Positions 22,802 through 33,410 of a stretch of DNA of 45,068 nt are shown here, piece after piece. The DNA lies in the IMG/VR virus record IMGVR_UViG_3300033549_000082, positions 1-45,068 of that record, one strand, 5' to 3'. Position 1 is the stretch's first letter. Each line of letters starts with the position of its first letter. The stretch comes from a virus. The notes below the pieces were generated by a model that had not been told where the DNA came from, ran no database searches, and was given only the letters and a program-made list of their open reading frames with translations. Made by a program: the position numbers and the translations under genes.

Positions 22802-25800
22802 TTATTTAAATTTCTTCTTTCTTTTTTTAGCTTTCCAATCAAACATCTTTCCAAATACTCCGCTTGACCATTTTTTCTCCTTCTTCTTACCTAAATTGGT
22901 GTGTATAATTGTCTTCTTTTTCTTAGGTTTATTTAAGGACTCCTCTGTTAATTTAAGACTTCCAGCTAATGCTTGCTTTACATTTTTAGCTCCCATATCA
23001 ATGTTTTTTCTTACCTGATAAATAGGCTCAACAATAGGAACTGCAAACATTCTTGAGATATGCCTAAAGATAGGTTCTTTATGTGGTTGTCCTACAAGAC
23101 CTCTAAGAATGTCTGAGGCTATATCATCACCTATTCCAAAAAAAGGTCTTCCAAACCTTATCGAAGTAGATTGAGGAACATTTAAAGATTCTCCTAAAGC
23201 TCCAACAGCCTTGAAAACAGTTGTTAAGAGCGGGTCTTTTCTATCTATGCTCTCTTGAAGGTCTTTAAGTGGCGTAGGATATGGACTCCTCATATCAAAC
23301 AAATCGTTAAAGAGTACGTTAATTAAGGCAGTTGTAATTATTAACGATATTCCCATCTTTACTCCCGTCAGCTTATCAACTTTAGGGTTTTTACCCAAAA
23401 CACTTCCAACTGTTTCCATTATGTAATTATGCTCTGATATGGCATAGTTCATAAGTGCTATAGTATGTCTAAATAGTGGATGTCTTCCAAGAACTGAGAC
23501 GTCTGTTTTAGCTGAAGTAGATTGAATCTTTTTTAAGCATATATCTGCAAATCTAACCGCCTCGATATGAGGCATTTTTTTAAACTCTGCTACCTTATAA
23601 AAAGCCAACCATGTTCCATGAGCGTTAAATTGGTCGGCTAATTTCATGCCAAGGAGCAATGTAAAGTTAGCATCATCCCTAAGTCTTTTTATGTCTCCAA
23701 ATAAGAGACTATCTAAGAGTGGAACAGAAGATCTTGTTTTATCGGTAAATGCTATAGTTTCTGGAGTATCTCTTGAAGCAAGAGCTAACGAGTCTTTCCA
23801 AGGCATATCAGCTTTTGGATTAGATATTTTATGAATGTTATAATACAAGGCTTCCATATAGCCTTGAATAAATGGTCTAAAAGTAAAGAGACTTTTTGAA
23901 TTAACTAATCCAATATGCTTTATTATTTCAGGAGGAATAAGTCTCCATGAAAATAAGTTAAGAAGTGCAGTTCTGGTAGAGCCAGCTAAAATAGCTATTG
24001 ATGGATTCTTAACCAAATGGTCTGCAATTGTTTTAATTCCCTGAGCTATTCCTGTAAGCTTTACCTCAGACCAGCCAGCTACATCATTTATCCATGTAGC
24101 GATATACTTGTGTAAATTAGGTTTATTTTCGAGTAAACTGGTAAGTGCAACGTTTTTAGCCCCACTGTTAACCTTAACTAAATCTTCTGGAGGATAATAA
24201 CCATTTTTAAGCGTATAGTTTAACTGAGCTACGTGTTCTGTATGAACTAATGCGTTTATTGCAGCTCTATAATAATCTTCAAACGCTTGAAATGGATTTA
24301 GTTCAATTTCATATAACTGTTTATTACTTCTACGTTTTCCATGCTTAAAACCAACTGAAGTAGCTAAATTAGCTTTAATAAATACATCTTCTGGCATTTC
24401 ACTAAGTCCAAATGTGTATTTAGTTTGAGTAGCGATATGATGAGAAAGAATATGGGGAAAATAATTTTGCCTTAATGGAAACATCTTAAGTCCATTTCTA
24501 TCTCTTACGGTATTTATCTTTTCATATAGCTGTGCAGCCATATCTTGCATGGTAGTAAATGCGTTCTGAGCCTCCTTAGAGAGACTTCTAAAATCCATTC
24601 CTTTTATCCCATAGTCGGCATTAGCTATCAAAACATTTTTGTTTGCTTCCATAGAAAGAGCATATGAGGTTATTTCTTTTAGCTCTGAACTTTTAAGTTT
24701 ATTCCTTAAGCTTTTAAGATTATTGATATGTTCTTCCAGCATAACTTTTCCAATCTTTTCGTCTTTTTCCCATCTCCTTGTTAAAACCTCATAAATTCCT
24801 TCTCCAGATTCAAGTAATGTACGAAGACCAGTTTTAGCCATCATAAAGAACTTCATTGGTTTTATCTCTTTTGCATAATTAAGAGCAAAGGCTATATCGT
24901 TTGTTACTATAGGATATGTTTTACTTTTACTATTTCCTACCTTTCCACCACCGTTATTTATTAAGTCATTAGGAATCGGAGGTAATGTGTTAGTCTGCCC
25001 GCTAACAGACGTATGAAAATCCTTTGACCAATCTGGACTATTACTTTTCCAGTCCCAAACATCATTTAATCCATGTTCAATGCTGTTCTTTCCCATTGTA
25101 TAGGTGGTTACTTTAATAGGAGTAGTTTGGTCTCCAGTTCTATATTGTTTAGTAATATGTTGGTCAGAAGGATTTAATATACGTTCTGAAGTAATAGTTC
25201 CAGCTTTAAACGATGCTTCATGGGCTTTATAACTACTGGAAAATGCCTTCTTTACATTATTAGGCAAATTCAACATGTCTAAATAATCGTCAATATGTAT
25301 ACCTTTTTTAGTCAACTTAAACCAAAGTTTTAACAATAATTCTGGGTCAGGAAGAGGCATACCAGCGTAAAGATATTTACCTTTTTTATGTGTATCCATG
25401 TTCGTTAATATGCTAATTCTATCTGTAGTTTTTAAAGCGTCTTCAGGAGATAGAACAGTCTTTAAGGCTTTAAATATCTTTTTAGCCATTAAGTCGATAG
25501 GAACACCACTATAAAGCGTAGTAGGACTATCATAATTAAAACTCCAATTCTCAATATCTTCCCACATTTGAGTGTTAGTTCTGCCTGCTTTCTTAATTCC
25601 ATGCCTTAAATAAACAGCTCTGACTATAGAATCAGCCGCTCTGTCTGGAATGTTTTTCATCTTCATTGCAGCTTTTACAATATTAGTCGCTTTAGAAAGA
25701 GTTTTAGTATTTAATACAGCGTTAATAACTCCAAGCTCTACTGCTCGTTTATAAAGCAAACTAACTATACTTGGCTTTTTAACTCCAGCTATCTTATCAA

Positions 25801-27442
25801 GAACTCCATCAACAGTATCTTCAGGCTTAAGAAATTCCTTTTCTTCTTTTAGCCCGTCAATAATATTGCTTGTTTTGGCGTAATCTTCTACTAATCGTTC
25901 TCCTTCCTTTTTAAAAGCCGCTTTAACTTCAGAAGGCAAGTCATAGGTAGGATATTCAGTCATATTATCTTCTATATACTCACCAAGAGACTCATCTTTA
26001 ACTAACTGTTCATCAAAAGATTTTTCATCTGTGTGTTTTATCTCTTCATCAAAGGCGTCTTCTTTTCCTTCTTCTATATGTTCATCCTTTATAGGTATTT
26101 TTTCTTCTTCCTTTATTATCTGTGGTAATTTAACCTCAACGGCTTTTTCCATATCTTCTAACGTAAGTATATCTTCACGAGGAATCTTTTGTACATCTAA
26201 ATTTTCGGTGGAAATTTCTACGTTATTAGCTGTTCTTTTGTTCCTTACCTCAAAGTAATCAGCCTTTCTTATATCGGCTTCCTTATTCTCAATAGAGGAT
26301 GTAATTTCATTAAGTCTTTGAAGTCTGGATTCAATAATATTCTTATTTTTGATAAGTTCATTAAACTCCGCCACATATTCATCATAAACTTTTATCTCCT
26401 CTGGAGTAAGTTTACTTTGTATGCTTTTAAATTCAGCTATAATCTCTTCCAGCTGAACGAATCTCTGAATTAGCGACATATTTAATCCATAATAAGTAGC
26501 CTGCATTTCATATATTTTATTTAAAGACTGATAAACAGGCTCTTTCAGTTTTCCTTCTGCGACTTTTTCTACAAGAACTGAAGTTCTTAAATTAGCATAT
26601 TCTTTAGCTTTACTATGAATCAATGAAGGTATAGCCAATCCAAAAGCATACTCTCCAAGAAGCCTTGTTGAAGGGTCTAATTTTCCGAGAATATCCTCAA
26701 AGAATTCTTGTGAACTTTTTTTCCATTCTTCTCCATTTCCTTCAGTAATATTACCTATAACCTTAGAAGCCGCAGGAATCCACACTTGTGGTTCAAGAAA
26801 TTCAATTCCCTTTGAAATTCCTGTTAACATACCTTTAGCAATAACTCCCTCTGGAATAGTCTTTTCTACAACGTTAGCTGTTTTATCAAAGCCTATAAAT
26901 CTTAAAGCTCCTTGTGCGAGGTCAGTTATAGAATCAATTTTTTCTGCGTAAGAAGCTATATTTTCTACAGCTTTCAGCTGTTTCTTAATTGTAGGAGCTT
27001 TTTCTGCTTCAGCCACCTCAGTCATGGTTATATCCATAAAGGGAATTTTATCGTCTCCTACATATTTCTTAATATTAGTAATAGTTTCAGGGTTTGGCTT
27101 AGGGAGTACATCTTTTAACATATCCAATCCCTTTATATATGCGGCTGCTGCACCTTGAGTAAGAAAGCTTGCTCCATGAACTCCGAACTTTAATCCTACT
27201 CCAACAGGATTAAGCTCAGCAATTTCTCCAGCTACTTTGGGAATAACTCCAAAATCAACTGGAAGTTCTTCTGGGCTACGGTAGGTATTAGCGTAAGATT
27301 CCCCATCCTCTACTTGCTCTTTCGCTACAATACCGTCAATAAGCTCATCATCAAACGTATTATATGTTTTCTTAGTAGCCTTTGCTTTATGTGAATATTC
27401 ACTGATGTCTTCATTTATAAGCTCATCCAATAAATCACTCAT
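22802..27442 (-). CDS. very large virion protein (1546 aa), putative internal/ejection protein (T7 gp16-like position)
   Basis: The ORF track gives 22802-27463. The ATG at 27442 has AGGAGG 10 nt upstream and an ATGAGTGA overlap with the upstream stop. It is the last gene of the late arm, with a Lys-rich C-terminus. No catalytic motif recognised. Confidence 0.45.
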   Translation of the reverse strand: MSDLLDELINEDISEYSHKAKATKKTYNTFDDELIDGIVAKEQVEDGESYANTYRSPEELPVDFGVIPKVAGEIAELNPVGVGLKFGVHGASFLTQGAAAAYIKGLDMLKDVLPKPNPETITNIKKYVGDDKIPFMDITMTEVAEAEKAPTIKKQLKAVENIASYAEKIDSITDLAQGALRFIGFDKTANVVEKTIPEGVIAKGMLTGISKGIEFLEPQVWIPAASKVIGNITEGNGEEWKKSSQEFFEDILGKLDPSTRLLGEYAFGLAIPSLIHSKAKEYANLRTSVLVEKVAEGKLKEPVYQSLNKIYEMQATYYGLNMSLIQRFVQLEEIIAEFKSIQSKLTPEEIKVYDEYVAEFNELIKNKNIIESRLQRLNEITSSIENKEADIRKADYFEVRNKRTANNVEISTENLDVQKIPREDILTLEDMEKAVEVKLPQIIKEEEKIPIKDEHIEEGKEDAFDEEIKHTDEKSFDEQLVKDESLGEYIEDNMTEYPTYDLPSEVKAAFKKEGERLVEDYAKTSNIIDGLKEEKEFLKPEDTVDGVLDKIAGVKKPSIVSLLYKRAVELGVINAVLNTKTLSKATNIVKAAMKMKNIPDRAADSIVRAVYLRHGIKKAGRTNTQMWEDIENWSFNYDSPTTLYSGVPIDLMAKKIFKALKTVLSPEDALKTTDRISILTNMDTHKKGKYLYAGMPLPDPELLLKLWFKLTKKGIHIDDYLDMLNLPNNVKKAFSSSYKAHEASFKAGTITSERILNPSDQHITKQYRTGDQTTPIKVTTYTMGKNSIEHGLNDVWDWKSNSPDWSKDFHTSVSGQTNTLPPIPNDLINNGGGKVGNSKSKTYPIVTNDIAFALNYAKEIKPMKFFMMAKTGLRTLLESGEGIYEVLTRRWEKDEKIGKVMLEEHINNLKSLRNKLKSSELKEITSYALSMEANKNVLIANADYGIKGMDFRSLSKEAQNAFTTMQDMAAQLYEKINTVRDRNGLKMFPLRQNYFPHILSHHIATQTKYTFGLSEMPEDVFIKANLATSVGFKHGKRRSNKQLYEIELNPFQAFEDYYRAAINALVHTEHVAQLNYTLKNGYYPPEDLVKVNSGAKNVALTSLLENKPNLHKYIATWINDVAGWSEVKLTGIAQGIKTIADHLVKNPSIAILAGSTRTALLNLFSWRLIPPEIIKHIGLVNSKSLFTFRPFIQGYMEALYYNIHKISNPKADMPWKDSLALASRDTPETIAFTDKTRSSVPLLDSLLFGDIKRLRDDANFTLLLGMKLADQFNAHGTWLAFYKVAEFKKMPHIEAVRFADICLKKIQSTSAKTDVSVLGRHPLFRHTIALMNYAISEHNYIMETVGSVLGKNPKVDKLTGVKMGISLIITTALINVLFNDLFDMRSPYPTPLKDLQESIDRKDPLLTTVFKAVGALGESLNVPQSTSIRFGRPFFGIGDDIASDILRGLVGQPHKEPIFRHISRMFAVPIVEPIYQVRKNIDMGAKNVKQALAGSLKLTEESLNKPKKKKTIIHTNLGKKKEKKWSSGVFGKMFDWKAKKRKKKFK

Positions 27443-28814
27443 CTTCAGTAATCCTCCTAGCATAACCTTTTTTAACTAATTCATCGATGATTATCGTTAA
27501 TGCCTCTGATTGTTCTGTAACTTTAGGGTTCTTTTTCATGTACTTGTCTATCAATCCATTTATTCTCTCAGGAGTGAATAGAGCTTCATTATCATCTATC
27601 CCTAATTGTACAACATCCCAAACAGGAGACTTTAAACGTCCAAAAAAGTTTCTACTTTTAGATGGATATATAAAGACATTATACATAGGGTCTTTTAAAT
27701 TCTCTTCGACACTACTTATAGCATCTTTATAATTATTATATGCTTTAGCCTCAGACATAAGCCTATTATGTAAAACCAAGCCTTCTTTCTCTGTAGGTAA
27801 ATAAGTATCGTCTCCTATAAGGGCTAAAGTTGAATCCATCATACGTGTTCTTGTTGCCGCCGCCTGAGTCGGAGACGTAATATTAGTATCTTTACTTGTC
27901 TTTTTAGCGATACTATCTGCCTTACTTGAAAGCAACTGATTTTGTAAATCAACTTTCGATTCATTGGTAGCAATTTCTGATGGTGTAGCTTTAACTGCAT
28001 TAACTATTCTAAGATTACCTCCCCTATCACCGTCATAACCGTATAATGCCATTACTTTATCTCCAACAGCAACTTTCTTTAAAGACTGTCTTACCTCATC
28101 AAGATTTTCATCAGTTACTTCAATATAGCGTCTTGTAGGAGATAATATGTCTGCCTTAAGCTGAGTATCACTGACTTTATCTCTTAACTCTTTTTCTTGA
28201 CTATATCTACTTGCATCTCGTTCGACCTGAAATTTATGTTCCTGTTGAGCTTTTTCCATTTCAGCTCTTTTTGATAAGTCAAATTGTCCCTCATTCATCT
28301 TAAACTTAGCAGCATCAATAGGTGAAATGTCATATCCATTATAAGGAACTGTCTTAAGGTCTTGAATGTCTTTAAGATACTTAGGAATCTCTTTTCCATA
28401 AATATCCACATCTACTTTTCCTATACCAGGCACTTCAGTGGCTATTCGTCTTGAGTTAGCTAAATCTTCATAACGTTTTAAGATATCACTATAACTACCG
28501 ATAGCCTTCTCCTCACTTAGCCTTCTGTTGAGGTTTTCTTTTCCTGTCATTTCAATTGCGTTATTAGTTAATTTTTCCTCCTTACCTAAAATGTCTTTGT
28601 AAAGTCCCTCTGTTTGTTCAGGCATAAGTCCAAATGTGCTAAGTTCGCCTCCTTCATAAACAGGAAACTTAACATCATTTTTACCAAGTTGAGAAGCAAG
28701 ATATGTATTATATGTATTAAGAAAGTTTCTCTTTACTCTTGCCTTCTCATGTTCAGCCAAAGACGCAAAATTTGGATTATTTTCCCATTCTGTAAATACT
28801 TCTATAGGCGACAT
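27435..28814 (-). CDS. virion-associated hypothetical protein (459 aa)
   Basis: The ORF track gives 27435-28895. The ATG at 28814 (MSPIEVF) has AAGGAG 8 nt upstream and starts 14 nt after the upstream stop. Confidence 0.6.
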   Translation of the reverse strand: MSPIEVFTEWENNPNFASLAEHEKARVKRNFLNTYNTYLASQLGKNDVKFPVYEGGELSTFGLMPEQTEGLYKDILGKEEKLTNNAIEMTGKENLNRRLSEEKAIGSYSDILKRYEDLANSRRIATEVPGIGKVDVDIYGKEIPKYLKDIQDLKTVPYNGYDISPIDAAKFKMNEGQFDLSKRAEMEKAQQEHKFQVERDASRYSQEKELRDKVSDTQLKADILSPTRRYIEVTDENLDEVRQSLKKVAVGDKVMALYGYDGDRGGNLRIVNAVKATPSEIATNESKVDLQNQLLSSKADSIAKKTSKDTNITSPTQAAATRTRMMDSTLALIGDDTYLPTEKEGLVLHNRLMSEAKAYNNYKDAISSVEENLKDPMYNVFIYPSKSRNFFGRLKSPVWDVVQLGIDDNEALFTPERINGLIDKYMKKNPKVTEQSEALTIIIDELVKKGYARRITEDE

Positions 28815-28827
28815 AAAAAATTCTCCT

Positions 28828-29397
28828 TTACTTATAATCAGAATAATTAGTAGAAAATGGAAACTTAATATAACTACTTTTACCCATAGCGTCAAGAAAT
28901 TTTTTATTGTATTCCTGACGCCTCCTTCTCTCAGCCTCTTGATTCCTACTCTGTATCTGACTTTGAGCTAAATTTTGTCCTAAGCCTCCAAGCTGTGCTT
29001 GCCAACTTTGTTGAAACGGCCCCATTATAGCCTTTCCAACTCCACCTAAAACTGACGCAAGAGCCTGCTTGTCGAATGTTCCGTCAGGTAGATAAAAGCT
29101 ACTTTTCGCTGGATTTGTCGTTTGGGCTATAGGAATAGAGGAAGAGTTCTCATCTGAAGTATCCCCTATATTTTCATCATACGTTACTGTGTAGGTTTTT
29201 TTTCCTCCAGCATCTACTCCATTCAATGAAATGCTTACATTGTTTCCTCCCGTTTCATGTTCCATATTAAGAGTCTTAATAAGCTCAGAAAGAGCTTCCT
29301 CTCCAACAACCATGTTCCTCTTTCTTATGTTTCCATATTTTCCTTTAGAATACGTAGAAGAAGTCATTCCAGGTAAATCTCTTTCTGTGTAACTCAT
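28828..29397 (-). CDS. hypothetical structural protein (189 aa), Gln-rich C-terminal half
   Basis: AAGGAAGG upstream. Preceded by the conserved 23-nt leader element at 29412-29434. Confidence 0.6.
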   Translation of the reverse strand: MSYTERDLPGMTSSTYSKGKYGNIRKRNMVVGEEALSELIKTLNMEHETGGNNVSISLNGVDAGGKKTYTVTYDENIGDTSDENSSSIPIAQTTNPAKSSFYLPDGTFDKQALASVLGGVGKAIMGPFQQSWQAQLGGLGQNLAQSQIQSRNQEAERRRRQEYNKKFLDAMGKSSYIKFPFSTNYSDYK

Positions 29398-29442
29398 AGT
29401 TTCCTTCCTTTCTGTGTTTAATTTTTAAATTCAGTTTAAAAG

Positions 29443-31008
29443 TTATCTTGATAACCAACCACCTATTCCTCCAGCGATTGCTCCAATAGCTATTCCTACT
29501 GGACCAGCTTGAGCTCCAATAGAAGCACCAGCAAAAGCACCTCCAAGCACGCTTTGAACGGTAGAAGGCTCACTTGAATGTGTTGTAACACCTCCAGTAT
29601 AAGAGGCAACAGCGTTCATTCCTCTTCCAATAACATCAAAAGCCCAATTATTCTGATTTACAAGTCGTGCATTATCCGCATCAAATTGCTCCTTTCTCAT
29701 AACAGTTATTATACGCTCCACTTCAGCGGTAGATTTAAGTAAATCTTTATAAACATTTACCAAGGTTTCCTTTGCTGTTTCGGCTTCTTTATAAACATTA
29801 GCCACCATACCAATAGTCTTTTGTTTTTCTAAGTTTATTGTTGCCGCTCTACTTTGTGCTTCATTGGATATAGCAGCAACTTGACCTTTTGTCTTTAACT
29901 CTTCTATTTTAAGCTCTTCATATTGATATAGATATTTATTAGCATCGGTTAAGTTGGTTAGATAGCCAGATGTTTTTCCTATAGCGTCAGCAAGGTCTGT
30001 TTTTATTGCATAGATGATAGCTAAAATTTTCTTTGCTTCTATATAAAGTTTAGCTATCTCTATATGCAATTCGATTTTGCGTATAGTTGCTTCCATACAG
30101 GAATTAACTATAAATTTAAGCATATCAATCTTCATCTTATACGCTTCATGGCTAAGTTCGGATGTATGCTTATTTATATCTCTGTTTCTCATTCCCTCTA
30201 AGATAGCGGCACCTATAACAAAGGATGAACTCATAACTGCACCCATATCTCTCATACCAGCATTATATTTACTGAGCGTTTCAGATAGATACGTATCCTG
30301 AACTATATCCGCAAACTTTTTAGCTTCTGCGGCTATAGTAACATTATTAAACACATAAGAATCTAAGTGCTTTAACGTAGTATTAAGATATGTTCTCCAA
30401 TACTCAAATGGATTAAAGCCGTTTAATATAGCCTCTGCTCTACAGATAGCATCATCTACACTGGAAATATCGATAGTATAAGTATCAAACACAGAATTTA
30501 GGCTTGTTACTAAGTTATTAAGTGTTGTGGTTACAGTAGTACTCGGCAGAAATTGAGTTTTGGCTACAATGTCCGTATAAGAAATAGTAGGTGCATAACT
30601 TATACTTGTAGGAGCTGTTATAGTCCCTAATGCCGTTATAGCTGTTTGAATTGTTGTTTGCACGTAAGCCATAGATAAGCCAAGTCCATTTACAACGCTT
30701 TCATATAGTCTGTTTACTCTTTTTATTTCTTCTGTCGCTGCCTCTGGGCTATAAATCGCAAATCGTCTATATGGATTGTTTATATCGTTTGCTGTAATAT
30801 CATCTCTCATAGCAAGCGTAATCCACTCTAATAGACTTTTGGCGTCTTCATAAAAGGGTTTAACTCCAAGACATTGATGCACCGCTGTAACGTCTGGAAG
30901 AAGCCAACCACCTTCATTAACAACACCTTTTGCAATTAACATTGAAGCTAACTCTGTTGATGCTTGAGGTGGACCTGAACTACCACCGCCTCCTGATGAA
31001 CCGCCCAT
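29443..31008 (-). CDS. structural protein with Gly-rich N-terminus and C-terminal glycine-zipper hydrophobic tail (putative ejection or membrane-inserting protein)
   Basis: N-terminus MGGSSGGGGSSGPP. C-terminus GGAFAGASIGAQAGPVGIAIGAIAGGIGGWLSR. AAGGAGG upstream. Confidence 0.5.
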   Translation of the reverse strand: MGGSSGGGGSSGPPQASTELASMLIAKGVVNEGGWLLPDVTAVHQCLGVKPFYEDAKSLLEWITLAMRDDITANDINNPYRRFAIYSPEAATEEIKRVNRLYESVVNGLGLSMAYVQTTIQTAITALGTITAPTSISYAPTISYTDIVAKTQFLPSTTVTTTLNNLVTSLNSVFDTYTIDISSVDDAICRAEAILNGFNPFEYWRTYLNTTLKHLDSYVFNNVTIAAEAKKFADIVQDTYLSETLSKYNAGMRDMGAVMSSSFVIGAAILEGMRNRDINKHTSELSHEAYKMKIDMLKFIVNSCMEATIRKIELHIEIAKLYIEAKKILAIIYAIKTDLADAIGKTSGYLTNLTDANKYLYQYEELKIEELKTKGQVAAISNEAQSRAATINLEKQKTIGMVANVYKEAETAKETLVNVYKDLLKSTAEVERIITVMRKEQFDADNARLVNQNNWAFDVIGRGMNAVASYTGGVTTHSSEPSTVQSVLGGAFAGASIGAQAGPVGIAIGAIAGGIGGWLSR

Positions 31009-31019
31009 AATATTCCTCC

Positions 31020-31343
31020 TTAATAAACTAAAGTCAAATATAAATACAGGTTTATTGTAGTTAACGAATATCCAGAAGGAGTTACAGTATTTATTACCCC
31101 TGTAATAAAAGCTGCTAACGCTGTTTTCATATTAGCTATCGTTGAAGTTTCAATGTAGGTAGTACTGTTAAACTTCTTATCTACACCAGCGGTGGTATTT
31201 ATAAACGTTACTTGCATAGACGTTTTAAATCCAGTTATACCGCTAACCAAAGAACTAAAATAATCTAATGTAGAGTTTATCTTAGTAGTTACTCCCGCTG
31301 CTGTAGTATCCCTAATTAAACCGCTTGAATATCTTGCTTCCAT
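31020..31343 (-). CDS. hypothetical structural protein (107 aa, Thr/Ser rich)
   Basis: AAGGAG upstream. TAATG overlap with the upstream gene. Confidence 0.55.
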   Translation of the reverse strand: MEARYSSGLIRDTTAAGVTTKINSTLDYFSSLVSGITGFKTSMQVTFINTTAGVDKKFNSTTYIETSTIANMKTALAAFITGVINTVTPSGYSLTTINLYLYLTLVY

Positions 31344-31753
31344 TATATCTCCTTACTTAAGAAATTACTACATTTAAATCCTCTGGTTATAGCTAATCTC
31401 TTTATTTTATCGTTATTAGCATAACCGATAATTGCTGCAATGTGATTATTTTTGGCATAATTAACCAATATACCCAAGCATTCATCATAGGCGTTTATCG
31501 GCAACCCTTCACTGCTAAAACTATAAATCATCAGTAATTTTCTTCCAGTGAAGGTATCAGTTATAATCCCAGTAGTAATCACTCCAGCCAAATTATCATT
31601 AACTAAATAAACCCAACAATCCAATATTTGGCTTAAAAGCATCCGAAGAACATTTACTGGGTTATAGTTATCTACAGCCTTTTCGATTTCAATACTCAGA
31701 TTATCCCATATTCTCGCTACCTGCTCTGGTGTTAACTTCTGAAGCATACGCAC
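31343..31753 (-). CDS. hypothetical protein with weak GNAT-fold-like C-terminal pattern
   Basis: 136 aa. The segment ...EGLPINAYDECLGILVNYAKNNHIAAIIGYANNDKIKRLAITRGFK resembles GNAT beta4-alpha3-beta5-alpha4 but lacks the R/Q-x-x-G-x-G/A loop. GTG at 31753 or ATG at 31747. Confidence 0.35.
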   Translation of the reverse strand: MRMLQKLTPEQVARIWDNLSIEIEKAVDNYNPVNVLRMLLSQILDCWVYLVNDNLAGVITTGIITDTFTGRKLLMIYSFSSEGLPINAYDECLGILVNYAKNNHIAAIIGYANNDKIKRLAITRGFKCSNFLSKEI

Positions 31754-33014
31754 CTCTTAAAATTCCCTTATCTACTCTCTTTATTCCCATTCGCATATAA
31801 CTAATGTCAAATGGTAAAGTAGCAATTATTGTACATATATAATCAACGCCCGAAACACGAGGAAAAACAAACCCTCTATTATTAAACGGTTTAGTTGACA
31901 CTAAAATATAATCATCATTATTATGATAATGAGCATAGCTTTTAAGTACAGCATTATTTAAATTTCTTCCAATTTCAATCACTGAGATGAATTTTCTGGC
32001 TCTTGAAGATAATCCAAAGGGAGTAGTTGTAAGCTCAATATTTGAGTTAAAAACATCTTTATATACTGCGTTATAAGCTCCGTCTATTAAAGTTATACCT
32101 GTAATTAAAGCTCCTACATCAAATAGTTTCTCTTGTCTATTCATACATAAACAACGCTCAGAAGACGTAAAATAATGTCTTCCATCAATAGAAAACGTAA
32201 CAATCGGAGACGTTAAAGACTTAAAAATATATCCGAAATTAAGGTATTCAATCTTATCATTACTTAATTTATACATTTGTCCATTGCTTATAAAGTAATG
32301 CGTATAAGTATTGCCTGAAACAACTCCATCACATTTTCCATCAAATAACTTCTCCTTTCCAAAAAAGACCCCATTCGGAGTCAACCTGTATACACCGTCA
32401 GTACAGTAAGCTATTATACTATTAGCTAACTGTTTTATATTTATAACGCTTCCTTCTGAGACATACGTATAGCCAGACTCATTAGAAATATCAATAGTCA
32501 TATCAATATTTCCAATTTTACTCCACGCAACAAAACCATCATCACAACCACCTATTCCACTAAGTATTCCACCAAGAAATAATTGCCCATTATTTAGTGT
32601 ACAGATGGAATTTGCTTTAGGAAAGGTAGTGTCGTTTACTATCGTCTCAGATGTAACGTCATACTTAATAGTATTTAACCCATTCTGAAGCATCCAAAAT
32701 TTACCGAAATTAACAAAACTATAAGGCTTAGTGCTAACAACATTAAGCTGTTTGTCAAAAGTTCCATCTTCATTATACATCTTTACAGCATCAGAAAAAA
32801 CTAATAAAAAACCCTTTTTTAGCTGATAAAGAATAGGAAAAGGAAATTCTTGATATTCAACATTAATTTGTTGTGGAATATTATATGCCAATAAAGTACT
32901 CATTATAGGCTCTGCATTGATACACTTTGTTAGTCCAAAGTCTCCTTCATAAGGTAAATTTGTTCTTGAAATACCGTTAAACATCTCATTAACCATAAAA
33001 GAAGTCTCTTTCAT
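31701..33014 (-). CDS. tail-associated hypothetical protein (437 aa, beta-rich)
   Basis: The ORF track gives 31701-33095. The ATG at 33014 (MKETSF) has AAGGAG 6 nt upstream and follows the upstream stop at 33017. Confidence 0.6.
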   Translation of the reverse strand: MKETSFMVNEMFNGISRTNLPYEGDFGLTKCINAEPIMSTLLAYNIPQQINVEYQEFPFPILYQLKKGFLLVFSDAVKMYNEDGTFDKQLNVVSTKPYSFVNFGKFWMLQNGLNTIKYDVTSETIVNDTTFPKANSICTLNNGQLFLGGILSGIGGCDDGFVAWSKIGNIDMTIDISNESGYTYVSEGSVINIKQLANSIIAYCTDGVYRLTPNGVFFGKEKLFDGKCDGVVSGNTYTHYFISNGQMYKLSNDKIEYLNFGYIFKSLTSPIVTFSIDGRHYFTSSERCLCMNRQEKLFDVGALITGITLIDGAYNAVYKDVFNSNIELTTTPFGLSSRARKFISVIEIGRNLNNAVLKSYAHYHNNDDYILVSTKPFNNRGFVFPRVSGVDYICTIIATLPFDISYMRMGIKRVDKGILRGAYASEVNTRAGSENMG

Positions 33015-33016
33015 TC

Positions 33017-33400
33017 TTATCTCCTTTCCATATATCTTACTAAATCCGAAATGCTTATAGAGTATAACAATAATTCCCCATATTGAGTCGTGCATGTAGG
33101 ATTAAAGCATACTAAGGCTGACGTATAATCTCCACCAACTTTAGTGCATTTAGAATTATTTACAGATATTACTGTAAGAGGCTTACCGCAAGCAGAACAA
33201 AGTCGTGGAATATTTAAAGCGTCTAATTCATTTTCCTTATCCACATAGGCTCTTACCATAAGATTATCAAACTCATTTAACGCTAAATACAGTTCTTGGT
33301 CAGTTATTTCATGTAGTCTTGCATATTCAAGAATGTTCATGAGTTCTCTTATTTTTCTTCTGCCATATCTTCTAAATAGAGTCAATAGTTTCTCTTTCAT
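33017..33400 (-). CDS. small zinc-ribbon protein downstream of the fibre gene (possible fibre chaperone or assembly factor)
   Basis: The ORF track gives 33017-33526. The ATG at 33400 (MKEKLL) has AAGGAG 6 nt upstream. Contains CSACGKP...CFNPTC. Confidence 0.5.
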   Translation of the reverse strand: MKEKLLTLFRRYGRRKIRELMNILEYARLHEITDQELYLALNEFDNLMVRAYVDKENELDALNIPRLCSACGKPLTVISVNNSKCTKVGGDYTSALVCFNPTCTTQYGELLLYSISISDLVRYMERR

Positions 33401-33410
33401 GTTTTTCTCC

